A stretch of DNA of 64,000 bases from Sumerlaeia bacterium (GTDB lineage Bacteria; Sumerlaeota; Sumerlaeia; SLMS01; JAHLLQ01), in assembly GCA_040219255.1 (NCBI GenBank), contig JAVJSW010000068.1:96001-160000 (forward strand), read 5' to 3'. The number at the start of each line of letters is the position of its first letter. Within the stretch, counting starts at the first letter, position 1. Below the pieces are notes generated by a model. It did not search any database. It saw only the letters and a program-made list of their open reading frames with translations, and was not told the DNA's origin. Of this stretch, positions 1 through 9,097 are shown piece by piece. Position numbers and translations under genes: made by a program.

Positions 1-2
1 AC

Positions 3-290
3 AAGGGCACCGCGTCCTGGTACGCCGACCCCTTCACCGGCCGGCCCACGGCCAGCGGCGAGCGCTTCAACCCCAACGACCTGACCGCCGCCCACGCCCA
101 TTACCCCTTCGGCACACGGCTCAAGGTCACGAACCTCGACAACGGCAAGAGCGTCATCGTTCGCGTCAACGACCGCTTTCCCGGCACCAAAGGCCGCGTC
201 ATCGACCTCTCGAAAGCCGCCTTCGCCCGCATCGCCCACCCGGATCAGGGCCTGGCGCGGGTGCGGATTCAGGTGGTGTCGGGGCCGTAA
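3..290 (+). CDS. rlpA: Septal ring lytic transglycosylase RlpA family (5'-truncated by window edge)
   Basis: Own translation: KGTASWYADPFTGRPTASGERFNPNDLTAAH...VRVNDRFPG..GRVIDLSKAAF, the RlpA DPBB motifs; TAA at 288-290. Confidence 0.9.
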   Translation, partial: KGTASWYADPFTGRPTASGERFNPNDLTAAHAHYPFGTRLKVTNLDNGKSVIVRVNDRFPGTKGRVIDLSKAAFARIAHPDQGLARVRIQVVSGP

Positions 291-361
291 TTTCCTTACG
301 GTGGGCGTGCCGCCCGTGGACCCGCCAGCCATAGCCCACGCCCGGGTGGCGAAAGCTTCCG

Positions 362-1666
362 ATGACCGTTCGCAGCGCCCATAGGAGCCACCTCCACGAA
401 TACGCCTACGACGGCTTTGGCCGGCGGGCCGAGAAGACCGTGGACTCGGGCGGCGCGAACGAGGAGCACACGCTCTTCCTCTATGACGGCCACCACGTCA
501 TCGAAGAGCGCGACGGCGCCACGGGCAGTCTGCTCGCCAGCTACGTCCACGGCCTCGGCATCGACAACGTGCTGACGATGCAGCGCGATGTGGATGGCAA
601 CGGCACGGCGGAGGACTACTTCTACGTGCAGGACGACATGGGCAGTCCGGTGCTCCTGGTGGACGCTGCGGGGGCCATCGTCGAACGCTATGACTACGTC
701 GATTACGGCCGGGCCATCGTGATGAACCCGGGCGGGGTCGAGACGGGCACCGAGTCGCAGTTCGGCAACCCGTACCTCTTCGTCGGCCGGCGGTGGGACG
801 GCGAACTGGGCATGTACTGGAACCGCACGCGTCATCTCCATCCGCTGCTGGGCCGCTTCACGACGCGCGATCCGCTGGGGATTTGGGGGGACGCGTCGGC
901 CTGGGGGAATGGGTACACCTACGCGGGGAATAATCCGTGGACGTATTTTGATCCGTTCGGATTGGAGAAGGAGGAGGTGGATAAGAGTAGGGGGCTGCAT
1001 TGGGATGAGCCATTTAATGACGCTATGGAAAGACTTCGAGAGCACTCTACTTACTATGGCAGTATTATTGAGCACTTGGAAAACAGTGAAAACAAGCATT
1101 CCATCCACAGTCGTGGGAGACGGCGGGGGCTATTCAATAAACCAAATGACGACATAGGAATTCATGTGCATGGCGAGGGTGGAGGTGACGGAAGTGGGAC
1201 ATCTTCGCAGATATTCATACCTAAAAAGTACTTGGAGGGTTTGTCTGAAGATGAGCTAGCACTTGTCTTGGGAAATGAGTTGTACCATGCCTTTGAAGCA
1301 GACCTTGGGGTGTTGACAGAGTCCACCTTGTCCAACCGAGTGGACATTATTGATAAGGGAAGATCTAAGTACGGCGGTGCAACTGGTACTAGGGGTGGTC
1401 ATAAGAATGAGACTGGAAACGTTTATCATTGGGGTGAGTTTAGATCGGATATAGCAGAGCAGGTGGTAAGAAGGGATCTGAAGATTGATAAAGAACTGCT
1501 GCAAAAGCCGTTTATTTTCCCAACATATCCCCATTACACAAGAGAGCAAAGGGCTCTCACCAACGTATGGGACGATGACAGATCTCAGCTTGCGACCGTT
1601 ACAAACGATCCGGCGCCAAATATCGATTCGCTGGCGTCCGTTGACCCCAATATCAAAGAGGATTAA
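362..1666 (+). CDS. Orphan Rhs core C-terminus plus C-terminal toxin domain
   Basis: YD repeats (YAYDGFGRR, YDYVDYG), Rhs core motifs NPYLFVGRRWD, GRFTTRDPLG and NPWTYFDPFGL; abrupt drop in GC right after DPFGL (~964). Confidence 0.9.
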   Translation: MTVRSAHRSHLHEYAYDGFGRRAEKTVDSGGANEEHTLFLYDGHHVIEERDGATGSLLASYVHGLGIDNVLTMQRDVDGNGTAEDYFYVQDDMGSPVLLVDAAGAIVERYDYVDYGRAIVMNPGGVETGTESQFGNPYLFVGRRWDGELGMYWNRTRHLHPLLGRFTTRDPLGIWGDASAWGNGYTYAGNNPWTYFDPFGLEKEEVDKSRGLHWDEPFNDAMERLREHSTYYGSIIEHLENSENKHSIHSRGRRRGLFNKPNDDIGIHVHGEGGGDGSGTSSQIFIPKKYLEGLSEDELALVLGNELYHAFEADLGVLTESTLSNRVDIIDKGRSKYGGATGTRGGHKNETGNVYHWGEFRSDIAEQVVRRDLKIDKELLQKPFIFPTYPHYTREQRALTNVWDDDRSQLATVTNDPAPNIDSLASVDPNIKED

Positions 1667-1670
1667 ATAA

Positions 1671-2246
1671 ATGTTGACAAAGCGCAATGAGAGCACTCTA
1701 AACTTTGGGTGGTTGAATTGGTCTAAGCTACAGGTGATTCTTGTCGCTGCGGGAGCAGCCGTCCTTATTTCTTGTGAGGCTCGTCGCGATTATCAACTTG
1801 TGAATGTTGGAGAATACAATCCATATGTAAGCAACAGAGTTGAAACGGATCGCATGGCAGTAGATCGGCTCGGCTTGGGGGAGACGCTGGACAAGATTGA
1901 TCTAAACAAGAAGTATTTGTACGTCTTCGAAAACTATGGCTATGGTTGGTCTTTCTCGGGCAAGGTGTCTCTTGAAAGCCTTGGTTTTGAACTTGGCCAG
2001 AGGGAGGAATTCTTGATTGAATTGAGAAATGATTCTGTTTTGATTGCAAGTGATACGCCTTCTGATTACGTTGATATGTACGTTGCCGTGGCTGTGTTTG
2101 GGGATGACTACCTAGTTGTAAATTGGCAGTCACCTTGTAGCATGCTCGATGAGTCCGCGAAATATGCGCACGACAGCATGAGATACAGCTTTCCTGTTAA
2201 GATACTGGAGCTTCTCAACAATAATTTGCGTGCAGACTGTGACTAG
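1671..2246 (+). CDS. Putative immunity lipoprotein 1 for the Rhs toxin
   Basis: Starts 4 nt after toxin stop, AT-rich, lipobox-like LISC after a hydrophobic stretch. Confidence 0.65.
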   Translation: MLTKRNESTLNFGWLNWSKLQVILVAAGAAVLISCEARRDYQLVNVGEYNPYVSNRVETDRMAVDRLGLGETLDKIDLNKKYLYVFENYGYGWSFSGKVSLESLGFELGQREEFLIELRNDSVLIASDTPSDYVDMYVAVAVFGDDYLVVNWQSPCSMLDESAKYAHDSMRYSFPVKILELLNNNLRADCD

Positions 2247-2368
2247 CTATGGGCCGAGACTTATTGCGAGATTCTCAAGTTCTTCTAAATGGAAGTGGCT
2301 ACGAATGACAAAACATTTTCTATTCGCACTGTTAATCGGAACGGCGGCCGACCATGTCATCGCCGCCG

Positions 2369-2464
2369 ACTTCCACTACCTCCTGGAAGACCACGCCGAC
2401 CCCTCCGCTCCCGTCATCGAGCGGCGGGGGCGGGGGACGGCAAGCGGTGAGGTGTTGCATCCGG
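2369..2464 (+). repeat. 96-bp direct repeat, copy 1
   Basis: ACTTCCACTACCTCCTGGAAGACC...GCATCCGG matches 3300-3395 with 3 mismatches. Confidence 0.95.
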
Positions 2465-2553
2465 TCGAGAGGGATCGCCAAGCCAGAATAAGACGCACTA
2501 TTCGCGGCTTCACGAGCCACTTTACAATCCCTTGCCTGCGGAGTAAATCAACA

Positions 2554-3141
2554 ATGCCAACCTTTCGTTTCTTAGCCTGCACTTTGGCAATCACACTATA
2601 CCTTTTGGGATGTGCCGCTCCTAATCAAGTGCGACTTGTGAGGATTGGTCCATACAACCTGGGGTTCGACAAACGGGTGGAGGAATTGCAATTAAGTGAT
2701 TTTGAGAAAGAGTTCCTGAACGAGAACTCTGATAGAGAATATGAAAAATCAAATCATGTAGCTGTCTATCAAAGAATTTCTGGAAACATTATCTACTCAG
2801 GGACCATAAATTTTAAAGAGCTTCGAATGACCGAGGAATATCTTCGAGAACAACTTGAGGCAGTGCGCGACGAGGCGGTCTACTCTGAGCCAGATGAAAG
2901 CCAGTGGAAGAACCAGCATCTATATATTGCCATTTTCAAAAAACGGGTCAAAGGCGAGATATATGTCTTGATTTGGCATGAGCCGTGCAAGTTGTTATTA
3001 GGAGAAGTAAGTTACGTTCATTGGACCATGGATGTGAGTCGATCGCAATGGCTTCTTGAAGATCTGGACAAAATAATTCCCGTCATGTGTCCCAGTGACC
3101 ATGTAGATCCCGAGGATGGTCGTGATGCGAAAGTCAAATAA
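2554..3141 (+). CDS. Putative immunity lipoprotein 2 (paralog of 1671-2246)
   Basis: ATG 2554 with GGAG upstream; signal peptide and lipobox LLGC; shares GxYN..RVE, SG and WxxPCxxL..YxHxxM motifs with the upstream lipoprotein. Confidence 0.65.
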   Translation: MPTFRFLACTLAITLYLLGCAAPNQVRLVRIGPYNLGFDKRVEELQLSDFEKEFLNENSDREYEKSNHVAVYQRISGNIIYSGTINFKELRMTEEYLREQLEAVRDEAVYSEPDESQWKNQHLYIAIFKKRVKGEIYVLIWHEPCKLLLGEVSYVHWTMDVSRSQWLLEDLDKIIPVMCPSDHVDPEDGRDAKVK

Positions 3142-3299
3142 AATCTCGACGAGAGTATATAATAGAAAATGTCTTGGTCTGAACGTGATTGCCTCCGATA
3201 TGTTGGCAATTTCGGTCCATTTGCGGCTGTATGCGCAAGGTTTCCAATGGACGATATTTTTTTTCATACTTGTCGTATGCTCATCACTTCAAGCCGTCA

Positions 3300-3395
3300 A
3301 CTTCCACTACCTCCTGGAAGACCACGCCGACCCCTCCGCTCCCGTGATCGAGCGGCGGGGGCGGGGGACGGCGAGCGGTGAGGTCTTGCATCCGG
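3300..3395 (+). repeat. 96-bp direct repeat, copy 2
   Basis: Near-identical to 2369-2464. Confidence 0.95.
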
Positions 3396-3691
3396 CGGGT
3401 TTGATTCTGCCGGCGGACCGGCTGTTTCGCGAGTTCGTGCTGGATGCGGAGACGCTTCAGGTCGGGTACGCCGACTTTGTCTCGCCAGCCGTCGGCCTCA
3501 GCATGGAGCTGCCGACGTTCGATCTGGGTCCGGACCCGTGGGGCGACGCCGATGGCGACGGCCTCGGGGGCATGGGCGAGTACATCGTGGGCACCGATCC
3601 TTCGCAGTGGGATACCGACGGAGAGGGTGTGTCCGATGCGGCCGAGGTGCGCCAAGGCACGAACCCGACGGATGGCATGGGCAACCTTTAG
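3300..3691 (+). pseudogene. Remnant of a large surface protein with DxDxDG calcium-binding repeats
   Basis: GC-rich frame beginning at the repeat with no credible start; DADGDGLG..EY.VGTDP..WDTDGEGVSDAAE..GTNP repeat; ends abruptly. Confidence 0.55.
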
Positions 3692-3711
3692 GGAGAGAAA
3701 GCGCCGCCGGA

Positions 3712-3734
3712 CATGGGCGAGACGCCCAGGCTAC
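3712..3734 (-). repeat. REP-like palindrome
   Basis: Reverse complement GTAGCCTGGGCGTCTCGCCCATG: GTAG foot plus GC hairpin; related copies at 28509, 61996, 62118. Confidence 0.7.
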
Positions 3735-3739
3735 ACGGA

Positions 3740-5509
3740 TTAGTCAAAATCCAGATCGTCAAAGCCCGAGTCGAACACGTCCGAGTCGCTTTCCTGGCGT
3801 TTGAGGACGATCAGGGTGAAGTCGTCGAACTGGTCGGCTTCGCCGCGGTGGCGGACGCAGGACTGGTAGATCGCGTTGCGGATTTCCTCGGCGCGTTTTT
3901 GCCGGTTTTCCCGCAGAATGGTGAAGAGCCGTTCCTCGCCAAAGATTTCGCCCTGGGTGTTTTGAATGTCCGTGACGCCGTCGGTCGAGAGCAGCAGCAC
4001 GCCGCCTTTGGGGAAATCGATGGTTTCCGCTTCGTAGTCCACTTCCGCGCTGATTCCCAGGAACAGGCCGCCCTTGTCCAGGAACGTCATCGTCCCATCG
4101 GGCTTGAGCAGCACCGGATGGCAATGGCCGGCGTTGACGTACTGTAATTGGTCGTCTTCGGGTTTCAGGATCGTGTACACCATCGTGACATACATATCGT
4201 TCGTCACGTCGCGATAGACCATGCGGTTCATGCGGGCGACGGCTTCGACGATGTTGGTGCTGGGGCGTTCGCTTTCGCCCTGGAGGTAACTGCGCGTGGT
4301 CGCCGTCAGGATGGCCGCCGGGACGCCCTTGCCCGACACGTCGGCCACGGCGAAGACGAAGCGGTCGTCGGGCAGTTCGAGGAAGTCGTAGTAATCGCCG
4401 CCCACCTGCTTGGCCGGCAGCGACATCGCCGACACATCGTATCCGGGCACGTTGGGGTACACCTTGGGCAGCAGGTTCATCTGGATCGTGCGGGCGATTT
4501 CCATCTCGCGGGCCAGTTTGTACTGCTCGACCAGTTGGCTGTGCAGCCGCGCGTTGATGATACCGAGCGCCGCCTGGTTCGTCAGACCCGTCAGCAGCTC
4601 CAGCTCCTCGCGGCTGTAGGGCATCATCCGCGTCCGGGTGTCCACATAGACCACGCCGAGCGCCTCGTCCTGATACACGATGGGGGCCACCATGGCGGTG
4701 CGGATGCGATTGAGGATGATGGACTCGCTGCTGGCGAAGCGCTGGTCCTGGGCCGCGTCCGACACCAGCATCGACACCCGGTCGGCCATACACTTATCCA
4801 CGATGGAGCTGGACAGCTTGACTTCCTGATCTTCGCCATCGCGGGCCCGTACCACGCGCGGTTCCAGCTCGTTGGTTTCCGGATTCTTGATGAGCAGATA
4901 GGAGATGTCCGGCTTCAGGATTTCCTGAATCAGCTCGACCACCTTCTCCAACACCTGGTCCAGGTCCAGGAGCGAGCGCATCGCCTCGCTGATCTGGTAG
5001 AGGATTTCCAGGCGCTTGGACGCGTCTTTGAGCGCCATGCCGTGATTGGTGTCGATATTGACGGTCTGGGCGGGTCGGACGCCGGCGCGCACTTCGCCGC
5101 GGGTCGATCCCCACTGGTTTTCGTCCACCACCTTGTAGCTTTGGTTCGGCCGGCCCACGGGCGGCGTGCCCATGAAGGTCTGGCCCGAGGACACGCTGTC
5201 CATCGCGTCGGCGATGCTGTCCTCTTCGAAGAGCAGCGTGGTGTCGCCGATCTGCAAAATGTCGCCGCTGCGCAACTGAGTGGGGCCGCCGATGGTCGCG
5301 CCGTTGAGCTGCGAGCCGTTCTTGCTGCCCAGATCCCGCATGAAATAGTGCTTGTCTTCCTCGTACACCTCGGCGTGGTTGCGGCTCATGCGCCGGTCCA
5401 CAACTTGCAGTTCGTTGTTTACGCTTCGGCCCACGCTGATGCGCCGGCCAGCTCCGAGCTGGATCACGCGGCCTTGTTGCTCGCCGGATTGGATGATCAG
5501 TTTGGGCAT
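3740..5509 (-). CDS. FHA-GAF-SpoIIE (PP2C/RsbU-like) serine phosphatase
   Basis: FHA (VGRS..SRNHA..DLGSKNG), GAF, then GGDYYD, ADVSGKG, NAGH, TDG, DD motifs. Confidence 0.92.
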   Translation of the reverse strand: MPKLIIQSGEQQGRVIQLGAGRRISVGRSVNNELQVVDRRMSRNHAEVYEEDKHYFMRDLGSKNGSQLNGATIGGPTQLRSGDILQIGDTTLLFEEDSIADAMDSVSSGQTFMGTPPVGRPNQSYKVVDENQWGSTRGEVRAGVRPAQTVNIDTNHGMALKDASKRLEILYQISEAMRSLLDLDQVLEKVVELIQEILKPDISYLLIKNPETNELEPRVVRARDGEDQEVKLSSSIVDKCMADRVSMLVSDAAQDQRFASSESIILNRIRTAMVAPIVYQDEALGVVYVDTRTRMMPYSREELELLTGLTNQAALGIINARLHSQLVEQYKLAREMEIARTIQMNLLPKVYPNVPGYDVSAMSLPAKQVGGDYYDFLELPDDRFVFAVADVSGKGVPAAILTATTRSYLQGESERPSTNIVEAVARMNRMVYRDVTNDMYVTMVYTILKPEDDQLQYVNAGHCHPVLLKPDGTMTFLDKGGLFLGISAEVDYEAETIDFPKGGVLLLSTDGVTDIQNTQGEIFGEERLFTILRENRQKRAEEIRNAIYQSCVRHRGEADQFDDFTLIVLKRQESDSDVFDSGFDDLDFD

Positions 5510-5749
5510 GGCGTCGTCGGTGGCCGGGCTGGGGGCGCTCCACAGGAAGATTTATCCGGTGAGGACAGCAGTTAGGGTTGTCCCGCTTCGACTCAGAGGG
5601 CAAGACCATTTGGGTTGACAGATCAAGGGTCGGCGGAGATATAGCGAAACCTCGTGTTCTGCCTCGACAGCACGGGCGCCGCAAAGCCAGCCGCACTCCA
5701 TACGGTCGCGTCGGCGCCCGCCCCGGGCGGAAACAGAAAGGCCTCGAAT

Positions 5750-7243
5750 ATGCGCATTGGAAATCGCGAACGCATCGTCATCGGAGTGATCGCCGCTTTG
5801 GCCGTCATCGGCGGATTGCATTGGTTTGTCTTCCGGGAACGGGCCCGGGAATTCGAGGACGCCAGGAACCAGTACAACAGCCTTAAGAGCCAGCTCGAAT
5901 CCCAGGGCAACGCCCGCGCCTGGGACGAAATCTATCGCTTCCAATTCCGGACCATCAACGCCGAGAGAGACCTCTTCGAGGTCTTCCGCGACAGCCGCCT
6001 CCCCATTCCCAAGGAATACATCAAGGGCGGCGAGACCGAGGAAGAGAAAGCCCTCTTCAAGCGTCTCCAGAAGGAAAATATCTGGCAGCAGCTCGAGCGC
6101 CTTCAGACCCGCGCCGCCAACCGCGACGCCAACCCCCGCCTGACCTTTGTCGAGGCGCGCGTCCAGGCCCCCAGTCCCTTCATCGAAGGCCGCCCCGTCG
6201 ATCAAAACGACGCCTTCCGCTGGGGCCTGCAAAGCGCTCCCCCGCCAGTCGTCCAGCGTGGCGCCGATCCGGGCGACCTCATTCGCCGCCTCCGCGACAC
6301 CGACGTCGTGATTTCCCAGCTTCCCGACAACAGCGACCTTCTCCGGCAGAAGGAAACCGAGTACGAGCGCATGCTCACCGCCCTCGGATACAACCCCGAG
6401 TTCAAGGACTTCCTCGAGGAGCGTTTCGGCGAAACCACCGGCCTGCTCTACCACCTCAGCGCAGTCGACCAATTCAAAGAAATCCTGCCCAAGGACACCT
6501 TGCTCGAGCAGCGCGAACGCCAGATCAGCGACGAGGAATTCGAGCGGCGCCTGAGCGATCTCTTCCGCCTCGAATGGCCCAAGTCGCTCCTGACCGTCTA
6601 CAAGCAGATCGACGCCCTGCTCGACATCGTCGAAATCGCCGAGCAGAACGGCATCGAAGAAATCTCCTACGTCGACCTCGTCGACATGACCCTGATCAAG
6701 TGGCCTCCGCCCGAGAAGAAGAAGGCGGACGAAACGGAAAGCCAGACCGACACCAGCGCGGCCAGCCAGGAAGCCCTCCTTTACGAGCAGTACTACGGCG
6801 GCGGGGCCGGATACCCCGGCGCCGGCGGTGGCTATCCGGGCGCCGGCGGCTACGGCCCCGGTGCGCTGGGCGCACCCGCGGAGACAGGCGAAAAGAAAGA
6901 CACCGTGGCCGCGTCCGTTCCCATCGAGATCGAATTCTCAGGCACGAACTCGAACGTGATGGCCTTTCTTCACGACCTGACCCACAAGAAGCGGCTGTAT
7001 GAGGTTGACGCCTTGAAGATGCAATCCAATCCTCGCAGAGAAGGTCAGGTGATCGTTCGCGCTTACATCAACGTGATCAGTCACTTCGCTTTCCCGGATT
7101 TCCTCCTGACGGAAGAGGGCGTTCAGGAAAAGCTTGCCGCTCTGGAAACCCGCAAAGCGGAAGTCGCTCAGAAACCCGGCGCGAAAGATCTGGCGGAGCA
7201 GGAAGGTTACACCCCTGCCGCCAACACCACGCCCAACACCTGA
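5750..7243 (+). CDS. PilO/GspM-like bitopic membrane protein
   Basis: N-terminal RER plus TM helix, coiled coil, C-terminal PIEIEFSGT..VMAFLHDL..RLYEVD ferredoxin-like motif; GYPGAGG repeats. Confidence 0.55.
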   Translation: MRIGNRERIVIGVIAALAVIGGLHWFVFRERAREFEDARNQYNSLKSQLESQGNARAWDEIYRFQFRTINAERDLFEVFRDSRLPIPKEYIKGGETEEEKALFKRLQKENIWQQLERLQTRAANRDANPRLTFVEARVQAPSPFIEGRPVDQNDAFRWGLQSAPPPVVQRGADPGDLIRRLRDTDVVISQLPDNSDLLRQKETEYERMLTALGYNPEFKDFLEERFGETTGLLYHLSAVDQFKEILPKDTLLEQRERQISDEEFERRLSDLFRLEWPKSLLTVYKQIDALLDIVEIAEQNGIEEISYVDLVDMTLIKWPPPEKKKADETESQTDTSAASQEALLYEQYYGGGAGYPGAGGGYPGAGGYGPGALGAPAETGEKKDTVAASVPIEIEFSGTNSNVMAFLHDLTHKKRLYEVDALKMQSNPRREGQVIVRAYINVISHFAFPDFLLTEEGVQEKLAALETRKAEVAQKPGAKDLAEQEGYTPAANTTPNT

Positions 7244-7315
7244 GAACCGGGCTGACCGAGTCGCAAAGGTCCGCTCCACGAGCGCAAATCACAAGAGGTC
7301 CTGCTTCACACAAAG

Positions 7316-8062
7316 ATGGATATTCAAATCTATCAAAATTCCGACAAGATCCTCGTTCAGCTCTCGGGCCGCGTCGTCCTCGACGAGTGTGATCGCCTCA
7401 AGAGCGCCGTCGTCCCGCGCATCGTCCCGGGTGTGGCCCAGGTGAACCTCGACCTCTCGAAAGTCGAATTCATCGACAGTGCCGGCCTCGGCGTCCTCGT
7501 CGGCATGAAGGTCTCCTCCAACAAGAGCCGCTCCCGCCTCGCTCTCGTCTCCCCCTCCAAGAGCGTCAGCGACATCCTTACCGTCTCCAAACTCGACGCC
7601 ATCTTCGACATCCTCACCGGCGCCGAAGCCAAAGCCGTCCTCCAGTCCCTCGCCCGCCCCGAATTCAAGGCCGATGGCACCGCCGGCGATACCTCCGGTC
7701 CCCCCGCTCCGCCTTCTTCCCCCACCTTCCATGCGCCCCCGCCGACCCAACCCACGGTGGGCCCCGACGCCTCCACCCTGAGCCCGAAGGAAATGATCGA
7801 CCGCTACTGCAAAGACGCCGTCGATTTCATGCGCCAGCGCGACTATGAGAACGCCGCCGCGTGCTACAAGAAAGCCCTCGGCATCGACGAGCAGTACCTG
7901 CCGGCGCACAACAACCTCGCCATCGTCTACGAGAAAAACCCCGCCACGCACCAACAAGCCATCGAACAGTGGAAGCGGGTCCTGGAAATCAGCCGGTCCC
8001 GCAACGACGACAAGCACGTCGACCGCGCCCAGAAGCACTTGGAGGCTCTCGGGGGGGTCTGA
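7316..8062 (+). CDS. STAS (anti-sigma factor antagonist) domain plus TPR protein
   Basis: DLSKVEFIDSAGLGVL with the phosphorylatable Ser; Pro-rich linker; TPR repeats (YKKAL, AHNNLAIVY). Confidence 0.88.
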   Translation: MDIQIYQNSDKILVQLSGRVVLDECDRLKSAVVPRIVPGVAQVNLDLSKVEFIDSAGLGVLVGMKVSSNKSRSRLALVSPSKSVSDILTVSKLDAIFDILTGAEAKAVLQSLARPEFKADGTAGDTSGPPAPPSSPTFHAPPPTQPTVGPDASTLSPKEMIDRYCKDAVDFMRQRDYENAAACYKKALGIDEQYLPAHNNLAIVYEKNPATHQQAIEQWKRVLEISRSRNDDKHVDRAQKHLEALGGV

Positions 8063-8124
8063 ATTTCCCCGGCCATTCTCCGCGAAGCACTCCCCCTCAG
8101 AGATCTTCGCTCCCACCCGTACCC

Positions 8125-9096
8125 ATGGCCCGCTCTGACAAGCCGACCCTTTCCCACCGGTCCGAATACATCGCCACCCTGGCCCTCTCGAACCTGCTGG
8201 GGCACTTGCCTCCAGCGCTGGCGCTGAATCTCGGCGCCTTCTTCGGCGCAATGGCCGGTCGGATTGCACCCGTGCGGCGAAGCGTCGTCCTCGAAAACCT
8301 CCAAATCGCCTTCGGCGGCGACATCAGCTCCGGCGAACGCTCACGCCTCGCGCGCGAAGCCTACACCAGCCTCGGTCTACTCGGCGCCCAAAGCCTCTGC
8401 CTGCGCGTTTGGGACCGCCCCACCACCCAGGCCCGCGTCGTCGAAGTCGAAGGCCAGGAGCATGTCGACCTCCTGCGGAGCACCGGTTGGCCTCCCATCG
8501 CCGTCACCGCTCACTTCGGAGATTGGGAACTGCTCGGCGCCGCCATGAGCCAGCGCTACCCCGTCACCGTCGTATCCAAGCCCCTGCACAACCCGTTGCT
8601 TCAACGCGACGTCGAGCGGTGGCGCCGCAAGGACGGTCTGGAAATCCTCTGGACCGACGAGGATTCCCTGCCGCGCCGCATCATTTCCGCCGTCAAGAAC
8701 CAGCGCGTCGTCACCTTTTTCCCCGATCAGGACATGCGCACCCATGGCGTCTTTGTCCCCTTCTTCCACCAACAGGCCTCCACGACCCCCGCGCCCGCGG
8801 TGTTCGCGCTGCGTCTCGGCCGGCCCCTGCTGCCCGCCTATCTGGTCCGTCTCGGGCCCACGCGCCACCGCCTTGTCTTCCGGCCTCCCATCTGGCCCGC
8901 CGAGGCCCAAGGCGCCACCCGCGACGAGCAGGTCCTCGACCTCACCCGGCGCCACGTCGCCGTGCTCGAGGACATGATCCGCCTCTATCCGGCCCAGTAC
9001 TTCTGGTTCCACCGGCGCTGGAAAACCACTCCGGAGGCCGCTGAGAAACGACAGGCCACCATCCGAAAACGGCGCAAAATCGCGGAAGAAGACTAA
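8125..9096 (+). CDS. Lipid A acyltransferase (LpxL/HtrB family)
   Basis: TAHFGDWE, PDQD, VPFF, YPAQYFWFHRRWK motifs. Confidence 0.88.
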   Translation: MARSDKPTLSHRSEYIATLALSNLLGHLPPALALNLGAFFGAMAGRIAPVRRSVVLENLQIAFGGDISSGERSRLAREAYTSLGLLGAQSLCLRVWDRPTTQARVVEVEGQEHVDLLRSTGWPPIAVTAHFGDWELLGAAMSQRYPVTVVSKPLHNPLLQRDVERWRRKDGLEILWTDEDSLPRRIISAVKNQRVVTFFPDQDMRTHGVFVPFFHQQASTTPAPAVFALRLGRPLLPAYLVRLGPTRHRLVFRPPIWPAEAQGATRDEQVLDLTRRHVAVLEDMIRLYPAQYFWFHRRWKTTPEAAEKRQATIRKRRKIAEED

Positions 9097-9097
9097 C

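Noticed and set aside
2230-2553. N-terminal extension of the 303-aa ORF
   Set aside because: Read-through across the 96-bp repeat; the signal peptide and RBS point to ATG 2554.
5615-5646. TTGACA sigma70-like promoter upstream of the PilO-like gene
   Set aside because: -35 is perfect but the -10 match and spacing are ambiguous, so it is not listed as a feature.
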